Assembly (NCBI GenBank): GCA_021203515.1
Contig: JAJQAY010000083.1
Coordinates: forward strand, 3,665-67,664
DNA length: 64,000 bases
Reading direction: 5' to 3'
Source of the DNA: Bacteroides sp.
GTDB lineage: Bacteria; Bacteroidota; Bacteroidia; Bacteroidales; Bacteroidaceae
Below the pieces are notes generated by a model. That model was given only the letters and a program-made list of their open reading frames with translations. It was not told the origin of the DNA and made no database searches. This document shows, in pieces, positions 49,093-60,158 of the stretch (position 1 is the stretch's first letter; each line of letters starts with the position of its first letter). The position numbers and the translations under genes were made by a program.

Positions 49093-51525
49093 TTAGAAGC
49101 GGCAACGCAACTCTATCCCTGCCTGCACGGGGCGACCCTTCTGCATGAAACCGTTGCCCATGCTCTCGAAGTAGAAGGCGGCATAGTCCTTGTCCAGTGC
49201 GTTGCGTACCCAGAAGTCCACTTGTCCGCGACCTTTCTGGAAGCTGACGCGGCCGTTGAGCGTGCCGTAGAAGGATTGGCTCACCAGGTTTTCTTCTGTC
49301 CAGTAGATGCGTCCGGCTCCGGTGTAGTTGACGTTCAGTTGGATGCGGTCTAGCCAGTGGCCCGGGTTGATGCGGAAGATGTATTGACCGCCCAGGGTGA
49401 GGGTGTGCTTGGGCACGAAGGGGACGTAATTGCCGTTGTAGCTTACCTCCTGCAACTGTCCGCCGACGCGGGCGTTCGCCACGTAGTCCTTGAAGGTGGC
49501 ATAAGTGTAGCCGTAGCTGGCGTTCAGCGTGAAGTCCGTGGTGACGGCAAGGGCAAGGGCAAGCTCGGCACCGAGGCTGCGGCTCTTTCCGGCATTTACC
49601 GTTTCACGCCCCAGGCCGCTTTGGGCGAAACGGGAGATTTGCTGGTCGCGCGTATCGAGCCAGAAGAGGGCGGCATCGGTGTGCAGGCGATTGCCGAAAA
49701 GGTTCAGGTGGGCTCCTATTTCGTAGTTCCAGGTCTGTTCGGGTTTGTATACGGTGGCGGCGCTGACATCCGGGTTCTCTCCGGCATTGGGGAAGTTCTG
49801 GTCTACCAAGTCTTTGTAGGCGTCCGGCACGTGGGGCATAATTTCATCTTTGGATTGCCGCATCATGTCGTTGCGCAGGCTGGACTGCAAGAGGTCGGAG
49901 AGCATCTGGATGTTGTATCCGCCGGAACGGTAACCTTTGCTGACGGTGGCGTAGACGTTTCCCGCGTTGTTCTTGAAGTCGTATTGCAGGGCGAACTTCG
50001 GCAGCAGTTGCAGGTAGTCCTTGTCCATGCTGCCCTGATAGCGCGACTCCACGGTGAGGGCCGTTTCGGGCATCATGGCTATCTCGCGGATGACGTTCCC
50101 ATTTTGTACCATCTCTCCCTTGATGCCTACGGTGTAGTCCATAGCGGTTCCGGAGTTGTAGTCCATTTTCATGCGTTCATAGTCCAGTCGCAATCCGGCC
50201 GTGAAGGATAATCCGTCGAGGCCGAACAAGTCCCTGAACGTGGACTGGTGGAAGATGGCCCCGTTCAGTAGCGGAGTGTCGAAGTTGCCGTTGATGGGCA
50301 GACGCTGGCTGGTGATTTGCAGAGACGGCAGGATGTTCATGCTCATGGTCGGCCCCATAGGCACTTGTATCTGCGAGGGGATTACGCCGCCTAGCATCTG
50401 GCTCATCATGCTCATTCCGTCTTCCTTGAAAGTGACCGGAGCATCTGTCTTTAGCCATTGATAGAAGCCGAAAGCACCCGTGACCCACTGCCAGCGGCCG
50501 TTGCCTTTGCTCTTCAGGGTGATTTCTTCGCTCAGGGTGTGGATGCGTTGCCGTTGTTCCAGCGTATAGATATTGGCGGCCGTGAAGTCCTGGTCGAGGA
50601 ACATGCGGTCTTTCAGATATTGATAGCCGGTGACGGCGCTCAGTGTGAAGTGACGTGCCTGATATTCCAGGTTCAATCCGGTGTTGAGCAGGTTGCGGTA
50701 GTAGCTGCTCTCTTCGTTGTAGGCGGGTTGGGCAACGTTGCCCGTTGCCCGGTCATAGAGCCCGTAGGGGTATCCGCCCTGGTCACTGTACTCGTAGCTG
50801 ACGTTGAGGTCGACTTTCCAATTCTCCGTGGGCAGGTAGATGCCACGGAAACGCCCTCCGGCGGACTGGCCTTTGTCTATCTTCTTGTTGCTGAGCGCTG
50901 CGTTGCGGAAGAAGCCCCCTTGATAATCGTAGAAGCCTCCGGTGGAGAAGGTAAAGCGTTCAGAAGTGCGGTGATAGTGGGTGATGGAGGCGTTGTAGGC
51001 GTTGTGCGTGCCTGCACCCATGCGGAAGTCCGTGCCCTGATAGGAGAAGGGTGACTTGGTATGCATCTTTATCAGTCCGCCCATGGCGTTGCGGCCGTAC
51101 AGCGTTCCTTGCGGACCGCGCAGTGCGTCGATGCGCTCGATGTCGGAGTAGTTGAAGTCGAAGGCGGACTTGTCGATGTAGGGGATGTTGTCTACATACA
51201 GTCCGATGGACGGCGTATTGATGCGCGAGCCGATGCCGCGGATGTAAACGGCGGAGGTGAGTCGTGAGCCGTAATCGGGGATGAACATATTGGGTACAAG
51301 TCCCGTGAGGCTTTTTATCGAGTTGACTTGCGCGGCCTGCATGTCTTGTTGGGAGAGCAGGGTGACGGCAGTGGGTTGCTCGCGAAGCTTGCGGTTCTCC
51401 TTGGGAGCCGCGATGACGAGGATTTCTTCTACGTCTACTACTTTCAATGTGTCCACTTCTTCTGCCAATACGTTTCCGGCAGTCAGGACGGTCATAATCA
51501 GGGTGAAAATCTTGTATCTATTCAT
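49093..51525 (-). CDS. TonB-dependent receptor (siderophore/metal-type, no SusD partner)
   Basis: Signal peptide MNRYKIFTLIMTVLTAGNVLA, plug block DALRGPQGTLYGRNAMGG, C-terminal barrel ending ...IELRCRF. The upstream part of ORF 49093-51576 is unlikely to be coding. Confidence 0.9.
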   Translation of the reverse strand: MNRYKIFTLIMTVLTAGNVLAEEVDTLKVVDVEEILVIAAPKENRKLREQPTAVTLLSQQDMQAAQVNSIKSLTGLVPNMFIPDYGSRLTSAVYIRGIGSRINTPSIGLYVDNIPYIDKSAFDFNYSDIERIDALRGPQGTLYGRNAMGGLIKMHTKSPFSYQGTDFRMGAGTHNAYNASITHYHRTSERFTFSTGGFYDYQGGFFRNAALSNKKIDKGQSAGGRFRGIYLPTENWKVDLNVSYEYSDQGGYPYGLYDRATGNVAQPAYNEESSYYRNLLNTGLNLEYQARHFTLSAVTGYQYLKDRMFLDQDFTAANIYTLEQRQRIHTLSEEITLKSKGNGRWQWVTGAFGFYQWLKTDAPVTFKEDGMSMMSQMLGGVIPSQIQVPMGPTMSMNILPSLQITSQRLPINGNFDTPLLNGAIFHQSTFRDLFGLDGLSFTAGLRLDYERMKMDYNSGTAMDYTVGIKGEMVQNGNVIREIAMMPETALTVESRYQGSMDKDYLQLLPKFALQYDFKNNAGNVYATVSKGYRSGGYNIQMLSDLLQSSLRNDMMRQSKDEIMPHVPDAYKDLVDQNFPNAGENPDVSAATVYKPEQTWNYEIGAHLNLFGNRLHTDAALFWLDTRDQQISRFAQSGLGRETVNAGKSRSLGAELALALAVTTDFTLNASYGYTYATFKDYVANARVGGQLQEVSYNGNYVPFVPKHTLTLGGQYIFRINPGHWLDRIQLNVNYTGAGRIYWTEENLVSQSFYGTLNGRVSFQKGRGQVDFWVRNALDKDYAAFYFESMGNGFMQKGRPVQAGIELRCRF

Positions 51526-51609
51526 AATTGGTTTTGTTTCGACTGCAAAGTAAGGGGAAATCGACGGAGTGGGCAATCCTCATTTATTAGGATTTCGGGG
51601 GGGAAGAGG

Positions 51610-51783
51610 TTCACCACAGAGTACACAGAGTCTCACAGAGGGATTTATATTCAAACGCAGATTAACGCAGATTTTCGCAAAGCAAACTCTAATTATATAA
51701 ATAATCTGCGTGAATTTGCGTTAATCTGCGTTTCTTTAATTTTTTCTTTAAACTCTGTGAGACTCTGTGTCCTCTGTGGTGAA
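51610..51783. repeat. Nested hairpin elements: a CACAGAG-class outer hairpin with an ACGCAGATTA-class hairpin in its loop
   Basis: Outer arms 51610-51640 and 51753-51783 are 31 bp with 1 mismatch. Inner arms are about 51652-51682 and 51700-51733. Confidence 0.88.
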
Positions 51784-51786
51784 ATC

Positions 51787-52350
51787 TTAAATGCGGTCTG
51801 CCTCGATGTATCCGTGCATCACCGCGTAGATAGTCAGTCCTGCTACAGACTTGATGCCCAGCTTTTCCACGATATTCTTGCGGTGGGAAATAACGGTGGT
51901 CAGGCTGATGTTCAACTTGTCGGCAATCTCTTTGTTGATGAGGCCTTTGGTGATGAGTACCAGTACTTCTATTTCGCGGGCGGAAAGGTCGTGCTCGCCC
52001 GGATGTCCGTGCTGGTGTCCGTGCTGATGCAGTTGTAGGATGGCCTTTATTAGGCTCTTCTCGTCCTGATAAATGTTAAGAGTGGGCGCTCCTGATAGTT
52101 GAGGCTGATTGTCGCCACCCGCCAGCACTATGATCTTCGGCTTGCGGGGCAGGAAGAATGCGGTATGCTCGAAATAGATTTGTGCGGAGATGAAATAGTG
52201 GGCATACATATCGGGCGTATCGTCCATCAGTTGTTCGAAAGAGTGGAACGCACGGATAGTCGCCATCGGGATGATTTCTTCCAGAAGGTTCTGCAAACCC
52301 AGACATTCCAGCGTATTAGGGTCGATGATGGCTATCTCGGGGACGTTCAT
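51787..52350 (-). CDS. LuxR/GerE-family transcriptional regulator with a degenerate (pseudo-)receiver domain
   Basis: C-terminal HTH LSAREIEVLVLITKGLINKEIADKLNISLTTVISHRKNI. The N-terminal REC-like fold lacks an obvious phospho-acceptor Asp. The linker is His-rich (HQHGHQHGHPGEH). Confidence 0.82.
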   Translation of the reverse strand: MNVPEIAIIDPNTLECLGLQNLLEEIIPMATIRAFHSFEQLMDDTPDMYAHYFISAQIYFEHTAFFLPRKPKIIVLAGGDNQPQLSGAPTLNIYQDEKSLIKAILQLHQHGHQHGHPGEHDLSAREIEVLVLITKGLINKEIADKLNISLTTVISHRKNIVEKLGIKSVAGLTIYAVMHGYIEADRI

Positions 52351-52425
52351 GGTTATTTTTAGATTTGGTCGTAAAGATACGGATTTCAGTATAGATTACA
52401 CAGATTTATATTATTAAAACGCAGA

Positions 52426-54048
<1,623 letters not shown>

Positions 54049-54050
54049 TT

Positions 54051-54080
54051 CACCACAGATTACACAGATTAACACAGATT
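54051..54080. repeat. Left arm of a perfect 30-bp inverted repeat flanking the GxxExxY gene
   Basis: CACCACAGATTACACAGATTAACACAGATT. The exact reverse complement is at 54503-54532. Confidence 0.95.
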
Positions 54081-54455
54081 TTAAATAATATATCTGTGAA
54101 TACCTGTTTGTAAGTTTATAACGTTGAAATTAATTAGTAGGCCTAAATTATGCTCTGATAATCTGAGATAGGTCATAAGTTGGGCTGTATGTATAGGTAA
54201 TAAGGTCTCTACGGATTTTAGTTCAAGGATAATTGTATTTTCTACTAAAACATCCATTCTATAACCGTTGCTTAATGTGATTCCCTTATAATTAATAGGC
54301 AGGTCCTTCTGTTTCTCGAATTTTATACCTTGCTTTTCAAATTCGTAACATAAACATGCTTCATAAGTACTTTCTAAAAGTCCTGGTCCTAATGCTTTAT
54401 GAACTTCATAAGCACAACCTATAATCTTATATGATAAGTCATTAATATCTTTCAT
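54081..54455 (-). CDS. GxxExxY protein (PD-(D/E)XK nuclease-like superfamily)
   Basis: The GLLESTYEACL motif matches GxxExxY, and the 124-aa size is typical. The likely start is MKDINDL at 54455. The TTG-start extension to 54482 lies in the 11-bp repeats. Confidence 0.85.
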   Translation of the reverse strand: MKDINDLSYKIIGCAYEVHKALGPGLLESTYEACLCYEFEKQGIKFEKQKDLPINYKGITLSNGYRMDVLVENTIILELKSVETLLPIHTAQLMTYLRLSEHNLGLLINFNVINLQTGIHRYII

Positions 54456-54457
54456 TG

Positions 54458-54501
54458 CAATCAGTCTCCAATCAGTCTCCAATCAGTCTCCAATCAGCCT
54501 C
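54458..54501. repeat. Four tandem copies of the 11-mer CAATCAGTCTC directly 5' of the GxxExxY start
   Basis: Copies are at 54458-54468, 54469-54479, 54480-54490 and 54491-54501. The last copy is CAATCAGCCTC. Confidence 0.9.
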
Positions 54502-54502
54502 C

Positions 54503-54532
54503 AATCTGTGTTAATCTGTGTAATCTGTGGTG
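54503..54532. repeat. Right arm of the perfect 30-bp inverted repeat
   Basis: AATCTGTGTTAATCTGTGTAATCTGTGGTG. It ends 3 nt before the radA stop codon. Confidence 0.95.
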
Positions 54533-54535
54533 AAT

Positions 54536-55903
54536 TTAACCGAATAGCGTTCTGAACGCCTCTTCTACCTTTCTCACCGGCACCAATTCTATTTTTATTT
54601 TAGAAGTATTCAGTCCCTGCATATTATATTTCGGCAATATAAACCGCTTGAAACCCAACTTTTCAGCTTCGCCGATGCGTTGTTCGATCCTATTCACCGG
54701 GCGAATTTCTCCTGATAACCCGATTTCCCCCGCCATGCAGACTTCCGGTTCTATTGCCGTATCCATATTGCTGGACAGGATGGCGCTGATAACGGCAAGA
54801 TCTATCGCCGGATCATTCACCTTCAGCCCTCCGGCAATGTTAAGGAATACATCCTTTTGGGCAAGCTTGAAGCCGACCCGTTTCTCCAATACCGCCAATA
54901 ACATATTCATTCTCCGGGTGTCGAAGCCTGTAGCGGAACGTTGCGGATTACCGTATACGGCACTGCTAACCAATGCCTGCGTCTCTATCAGGAATGGACG
55001 TATGCCCTCTATTGCCGAAGCGATAGCGACACCGCTCATGCCCTCGTGATCTTGGCTCAACAGTAACTCCGACGGATTGTCAACCTGCCGCAATCCATCC
55101 TGCCGCATCTCATAGATGCCCAACTCTGCCGTACTTCCGAAGCGGTTCTTGATACTGCGCAGGATGCGGTACATATAATGCTGGTCGCCATCAAACTGCA
55201 ACACCGTGTCTACGATATGCTCCAAAACCTTCGGCCCGGCAATACTGCCTTCCTTATTGATATGCCCGATAAGAATTACCGCCGTATGCGTTTCTTTGGC
55301 AAACCGCAGGATGGAAGCCGAGCACTCCCGCACCTGCGCAATGCTTCCCGGTGACGATTCGAGTGTTTCCGTAGAAATAGTTTGGATAGAGTCTATGATA
55401 ACCAGGTCCGGATGTGTATTCTTGATGTGCACGTAAATCTGTTCCAATGATGTTTCGCAGACAATAAGGCAATCGTTGGAAGTCTGCGCCAGCCGGTCGG
55501 CGCGCAACTTTAACTGACGGGCACTTTCCTCGCCCGAAATATATAGGATTTTCTTTTCAGGTATTTGCATCACTGTCTGCAATACTAAAGTCGATTTCCC
55601 GATACCCGGCTCACCGCCTATCAGTACGAGGGAACCTTGTACCAATCCGCCTCCCAGCACCCGGTTCAACTCTACATCATGCAGGTCGATGCGCGGTTCG
55701 TCGTCAGCTTCTATTTCGCTCAGTGTCACAGGCTTTGCCTTGGCGGTTTCTATGCCCGATGTCGGTCGCTTGTCCACCACCTCTTTGCGCATCACCTCTT
55801 CCACATACGTATTCCACGCTCCGCACGACGGACACTTCCCAATCCATTTGGGCGAGTCTTGTCCGCAGTTACTGCATACATAAACCATTTTTTCTTTTGC
55901 CAT
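54536..55903 (-). CDS. radA: DNA repair protein RadA (Sms)
   Basis: Zinc finger CSNCG...CPSCGAWNT, Walker A GGEPGIGKST, KNRFG motif, Lon-protease-like C-terminal domain. 455 aa. Confidence 0.95.
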   Translation of the reverse strand: MAKEKMVYVCSNCGQDSPKWIGKCPSCGAWNTYVEEVMRKEVVDKRPTSGIETAKAKPVTLSEIEADDEPRIDLHDVELNRVLGGGLVQGSLVLIGGEPGIGKSTLVLQTVMQIPEKKILYISGEESARQLKLRADRLAQTSNDCLIVCETSLEQIYVHIKNTHPDLVIIDSIQTISTETLESSPGSIAQVRECSASILRFAKETHTAVILIGHINKEGSIAGPKVLEHIVDTVLQFDGDQHYMYRILRSIKNRFGSTAELGIYEMRQDGLRQVDNPSELLLSQDHEGMSGVAIASAIEGIRPFLIETQALVSSAVYGNPQRSATGFDTRRMNMLLAVLEKRVGFKLAQKDVFLNIAGGLKVNDPAIDLAVISAILSSNMDTAIEPEVCMAGEIGLSGEIRPVNRIEQRIGEAEKLGFKRFILPKYNMQGLNTSKIKIELVPVRKVEEAFRTLFG

Positions 55904-55932
55904 ATTAAAGAATTTCCTTTAGAATGATTGCC

Positions 55933-55940
55933 CAAAGGTA
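55933..55940 (-). promoter_or_regulatory. -7 box TACCTTTG for radA
   Basis: Minus-strand TAnnTTTG match 30 nt upstream of the radA ATG. Confidence 0.45.
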
Positions 55941-56187
55941 CGATTTTTCATTGCAGTGCCGATAGGGTGCTACAGAGTTTTTCTATGAGCAGGTAGAAAA
56001 ATAGTATAGTATGGTTGGTGGTATCTGAAAATATTATTGGGCAATATGCCTAGAAGATGCTTTGCATACTACTTGAGGATATTCAGGAAGCAATTATAAT
56101 AACCTGCGATGATTTAGAAAGAGAGAGATTGATGGGAATGTTATGGAGATTTTATCTATTTCAGTACAGAGGTGGGACTGTATTTGG

Positions 56188-56205
56188 AGTTCTAGCAGAA
56201 CTTAA
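56188..56205. repeat. Left copy of an 18-bp perfect inverted repeat (AGTTCTAGCAGAACTTAA)
   Basis: The exact reverse complement is at 56798-56815. It has an internal dyad AGTTCT-nnn-AGAACT. Confidence 0.9.
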
Positions 56206-56329
56206 GAGCATAAAAAGAGGGAAACTTGGCATTAAGAACATGCCGACAATGTTTTTCTTTGAAATTTGTCTTCATAGCTTTTTGATTTAATTTGGTTTCT
56301 AAAATTGCATTTAGTACTTTAAGGCGTTG

Positions 56330-56337
56330 CAAATGTA
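56330..56337 (-). promoter_or_regulatory. Only TAnnTTTG box (TACATTTG) inside the IR-bounded segment, facing away from susC
   Basis: The plus strand reads CAAATGTA. I found no other TAnnTTTG on either strand in 56206-56797, and none between 56816 and the susC ATG. Confidence 0.4.
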
Positions 56338-56797
56338 TTTAAGTTCCGTTAAATACCGAAAGGGAAATAAACATATTCTCACCTTATTTACAACATTTAA
56401 CTATTTAAAAAGCTTTATATATCTCTACTAGTAAATAAATATGTTTAATAATTCACCTGTTAGCTCTGCTGTTTATGTGTATTTACTACTTTCTTATTCT
56501 ATTCCATCTCTAATATTATAAAATATTAATTATTAATTGCCAAACCCTGCCTTTGCTGTGAAAACCGCTTGATTATTGGTAAAATCAGATGTTTTTCTAT
56601 AATGATTTATTTATGTTAAAAATGAGCACTGGCATTCTTATATGGATTGTTGGACTTTTTTCTACCGAAGCACAAAAGAAGGCTGCTAATATTTATTTAG
56701 TAGCACCAACTAATTATTAAATGTGGCAGGGGTAGACTTGTGTGGTCTGGTTAGGCCGGTAGATGCTTTAGAAAAAGCAAAACAGGAAAAGTTCTTT

Positions 56798-56815
56798 TTA
56801 AGTTCTGCTAGAACT
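56798..56815. repeat. Right copy of the 18-bp perfect inverted repeat (TTAAGTTCTGCTAGAACT)
   Basis: Reverse complement of 56188-56205, 127 bp upstream of the susC-like ATG. Confidence 0.9.
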
Positions 56816-56941
56816 AATTTCAATTATTTTTTTACTCGTTTTCCCCATGAAGTAGTTTTAAAAGGAATAGAGAGCTTTTCTTTTGTGAAGAAATAAATCT
56901 TTTCTTAAAACATGTGTTTAATTAATGTAACAGACTTAAAA

Positions 56942-59900
56942 ATGAATTTACGAATTGTTTGTGGACAACGATGCTCAAGGCCTAAGGTTTTGACGGCATT
57001 TTTACTCCTTTCTCTCTTTGCGCCTGTCACTATTTCCGCTAATGCGACGGATACGGATGCTACGGAAGTTGTGCAACAGCAAAAGGAACAGACTATTACC
57101 GGTACGGTGATTACCGGTGACACGAATGAACCGGCGATTGGAGCTACTATTTATTTGAGGAATAGTACCACGGGTGCTATTACGGATGTAAACGGTAAGT
57201 ATACTATTACGGTAGAAGGTATAGGAGGCATATTGGAATTCTCTTATATAGGATATAAGAAACAGGAAGTGGACATTGCCAACCAGAAAACTATAAATAT
57301 CACCTTACTACCGGATACTGAAGTATTGGACGAAGTGGTGGTTGTAGGTTATGGCAGCCAGAAGAAAGAGAGTGTAGTTGGTGCCATCTCTACTTTGGAT
57401 GTCACTAAATTGACTGTACCGGGCGCATCCATATCAAACGCACTGGCCGGGCAGCTTTCAGGCATCGTTTCTATGAGCCGTTCAGGTGAACCGGGCAAGA
57501 ACAGTGCCGCCGATTTCTATATCCGAGGTGTGTCGTCCTTTACGGGAACTACTTCTCCGTTGGTTTTGGTGGATGGTATCGAGCGTGACCTCGACCTGGT
57601 AGATACGGATGACATTGCTGCCTTCTCTATTTTGAAGGATGCTTCGGCTTCCGCTGTATATGGTGTACGCGGTGCCAACGGTGTTATCTTGATTACCACC
57701 AAAAAGGGTACTGTAGGTAAGCCGCAGATTAATGTACGTACCGAATTCGGTCTCACCCAGCCTACAAAGAAACCTAAAATGTTGGGATCTGCCGAATGGG
57801 CCGAACTTTATAACGAGGCTTATTCAAAGGAATATTATACTCAGTCTGATATTCAGAAATACCGCGACGGCAGTGACCCGGACCTCTATCCGAATGTAAA
57901 CTGGTTCGATGCTCTGTTTAAAGATGCGGCTGTCAATCAGAATGTAAAACTGAACATTACAGGTGGTAGTGACATCGTGAAGTATTATATCTCCGGTTCG
58001 TTCTACAATGAAAGTTCTATTTACAGAACGGCCGGGAATATTTACGGTTATGACTCTTCCATCCGATATAATAAATTTAACTTCCGTGCAAATGTAGACT
58101 TGAATTTGACTAAGAGCACAGTGGTTAACTTTAACTTGGCGAACATCTACGAGAAGTCGTTCGGCCCCGGATTTGGTGATAAAGACTCGGATATTTGGTC
58201 ATACACATTCCTTACTTCGCCTAATGCTTATCCGGTGGAATACTCCGATGGCAAGCTTTCAGGCCCCTCTACCGACTCCGGTTATAATCCCTGGAACATG
58301 TTGGTTTACTCCGGATACCGCGAGCAGTTCTGGAATTCAGCCCAGTCTCTTATCGGTATTACTCAGGACATCGGTGCGTTGTGGAAACCGTTGGAAGGAT
58401 TGACTGCCAATATTAAATTCTCCTGGGATGCTTGGAATACCACCACACAACGCCGTTCAAAAACTTCTTCTTACTATCATGCCCGCGGACGTAAAGATGA
58501 CGGCAGCTTGAGGTATGATGAAGAAGACGGTGTTCCGGTACCCGTACATACAGGTAGTGAAGACCTGAGTTTCAACATCGGACGTGACGGAACCATGACA
58601 CGTTACGTAGAGGGTTCGTTGAACTATAGCCGTTTATTCAATAATGTGCACCGCGTGGGTGCTTTGTTCCTTTACAATCATAAGATTTATACAAAGACCC
58701 AGGCCGGCAGCAGTAATGAAGCATTGCCTCATAAAAATCAAGGTATAGCCGGTCGTGTTACTTATGCCTTCCGCGATACTTACTTTGGTGAAGTGAATAT
58801 GGGTTACAACGGTTCTGAAAACTTCGCTCGCGGTCACCGCTTCGGTTTCTTCCCGGCATTTGCTGTGGGCTGGATGGTTTCCAATGAAAAATGGTTTGAA
58901 CCCGCCACTAAGGTTGTGGATATGTTGAAGTTAAAAGCTTCTTACGGTAAAGTAGGTAATGACAATATCGGCGGTAACAGAAGATGGGCCTATGAATCGA
59001 GCATTGTGAGCGGTAATAGCTGGAATTATGGTAACAGCGGTGGTAACGGTGGCGGCAGTCTTATCATGGGTGAGGTGGAGAACCTTACCGTTTCTTGGGA
59101 AGAAGCCAAGAAATTTAATGCCGGTGTAGAATTCTCCTTATTTAATAAGGTGAAAGTGTAGGCCGATTATTTCCGTGAAGAGCGCGTCGGTATTTTCTTG
59201 CAACGTTCCGGATTGCCCGCTATCGTGGGTATATCTACTGTTCCTTATGTCAATGTGGGTGAAACGCTAAATCAGGGTTTTGATGCCAGCGTTGAATATA
59301 CGCATCAGATTGACAAAGTGTTGGTTACTGCCCGCGGCAACTTTACCTTCAACCGTAATGAATTGAAAAATAACGATGAGCCCGATTGGAAATACAAATA
59401 CCAAAATAAGATAGGAAAGCCTTTCGGTTCGGACGGTTATCTTCAGCCCTTCGGTTTGGTAGCCCTTGGCTTGTTCGAGAGTGAGGAAGAAATAGCCAAC
59501 AGCCCCGTTCAGAACTATGGCGAGTATCGCGTAGGTGATATCAAGTATAAAGATGTGAATGGTGGCGGTAAGATAGACGACTTGGATAAAGTGGCTCTCG
59601 GATATACCAATTTGCCGGAAATCACTTATGGATTTGGTGCGACAGCCCAGTGGAAAGGTTGGGGCTTCAACGTCTTCTTCCAGGGAGTAGCCCGTACCAG
59701 CTTCTTCCTCAGCGGCTCTTCTATCCGCAGTCCGTTCTCGTCAGGTAATGCAGATCGTGGAGCTCTCAACTCGGATATATATGGTAATGTATGGATGTCT
59801 ACCAATACACCCGAACAAAATGCCAATGTCGCCTATCCGCGCCTCAGTGCCGGTAGTGGTGGCGCCGGTGCTTCCAATAACTCGCAGACTTCTTCATGGT

Positions 59901-60136
59901 GGTTGCGCGACGGTTCGTTCATACGTCTGAAGAGTCTGGAAGTAGGTTATTCATTGCCCAAGAACCTGCTTAGCAAGTCATTCATCAAGGCACTTCGTTT
60001 TTATGTATCAGGCAACAACCTGTTGGAATTCAGTCCGTTCAAACTGTGGGATCCGGAAAAGAACAAGAACAATGCCGATGGTTCGGGTTATCCCCTCAAT
60101 CGCGTATTCTCCGTCGGATTTAATGCTAATTTCTAA
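56942..60136 (+). pseudogene. SusC/RagA family TonB-linked outer-membrane protein with one in-frame TAG
   Basis: Carboxypeptidase-regulatory-like N-terminal domain (ITGTVITGDTNEPAIGATIYL...DVNGKYTI), plug block VVVGYGSQKKE, C-terminus ...VGFNANF. The TAG at 59159-59161 (NKVKV*ADYFREER) is in frame with ORF 59198-60136. Confidence 0.9.
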
Positions 60137-60158
60137 ACTTTAATAAAACAAGAATTTT

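Noticed and set aside
56057-56290. A 77-aa ORF in the AT-rich region between radA and susC, and a 35-aa ORF at about 56603-56710.
   Set aside because: They have no recognisable motif, atypical composition and no obvious promoter. ORF 56057-56290 spans the left inverted repeat. They are more likely non-coding parts of the regulatory or invertible region.
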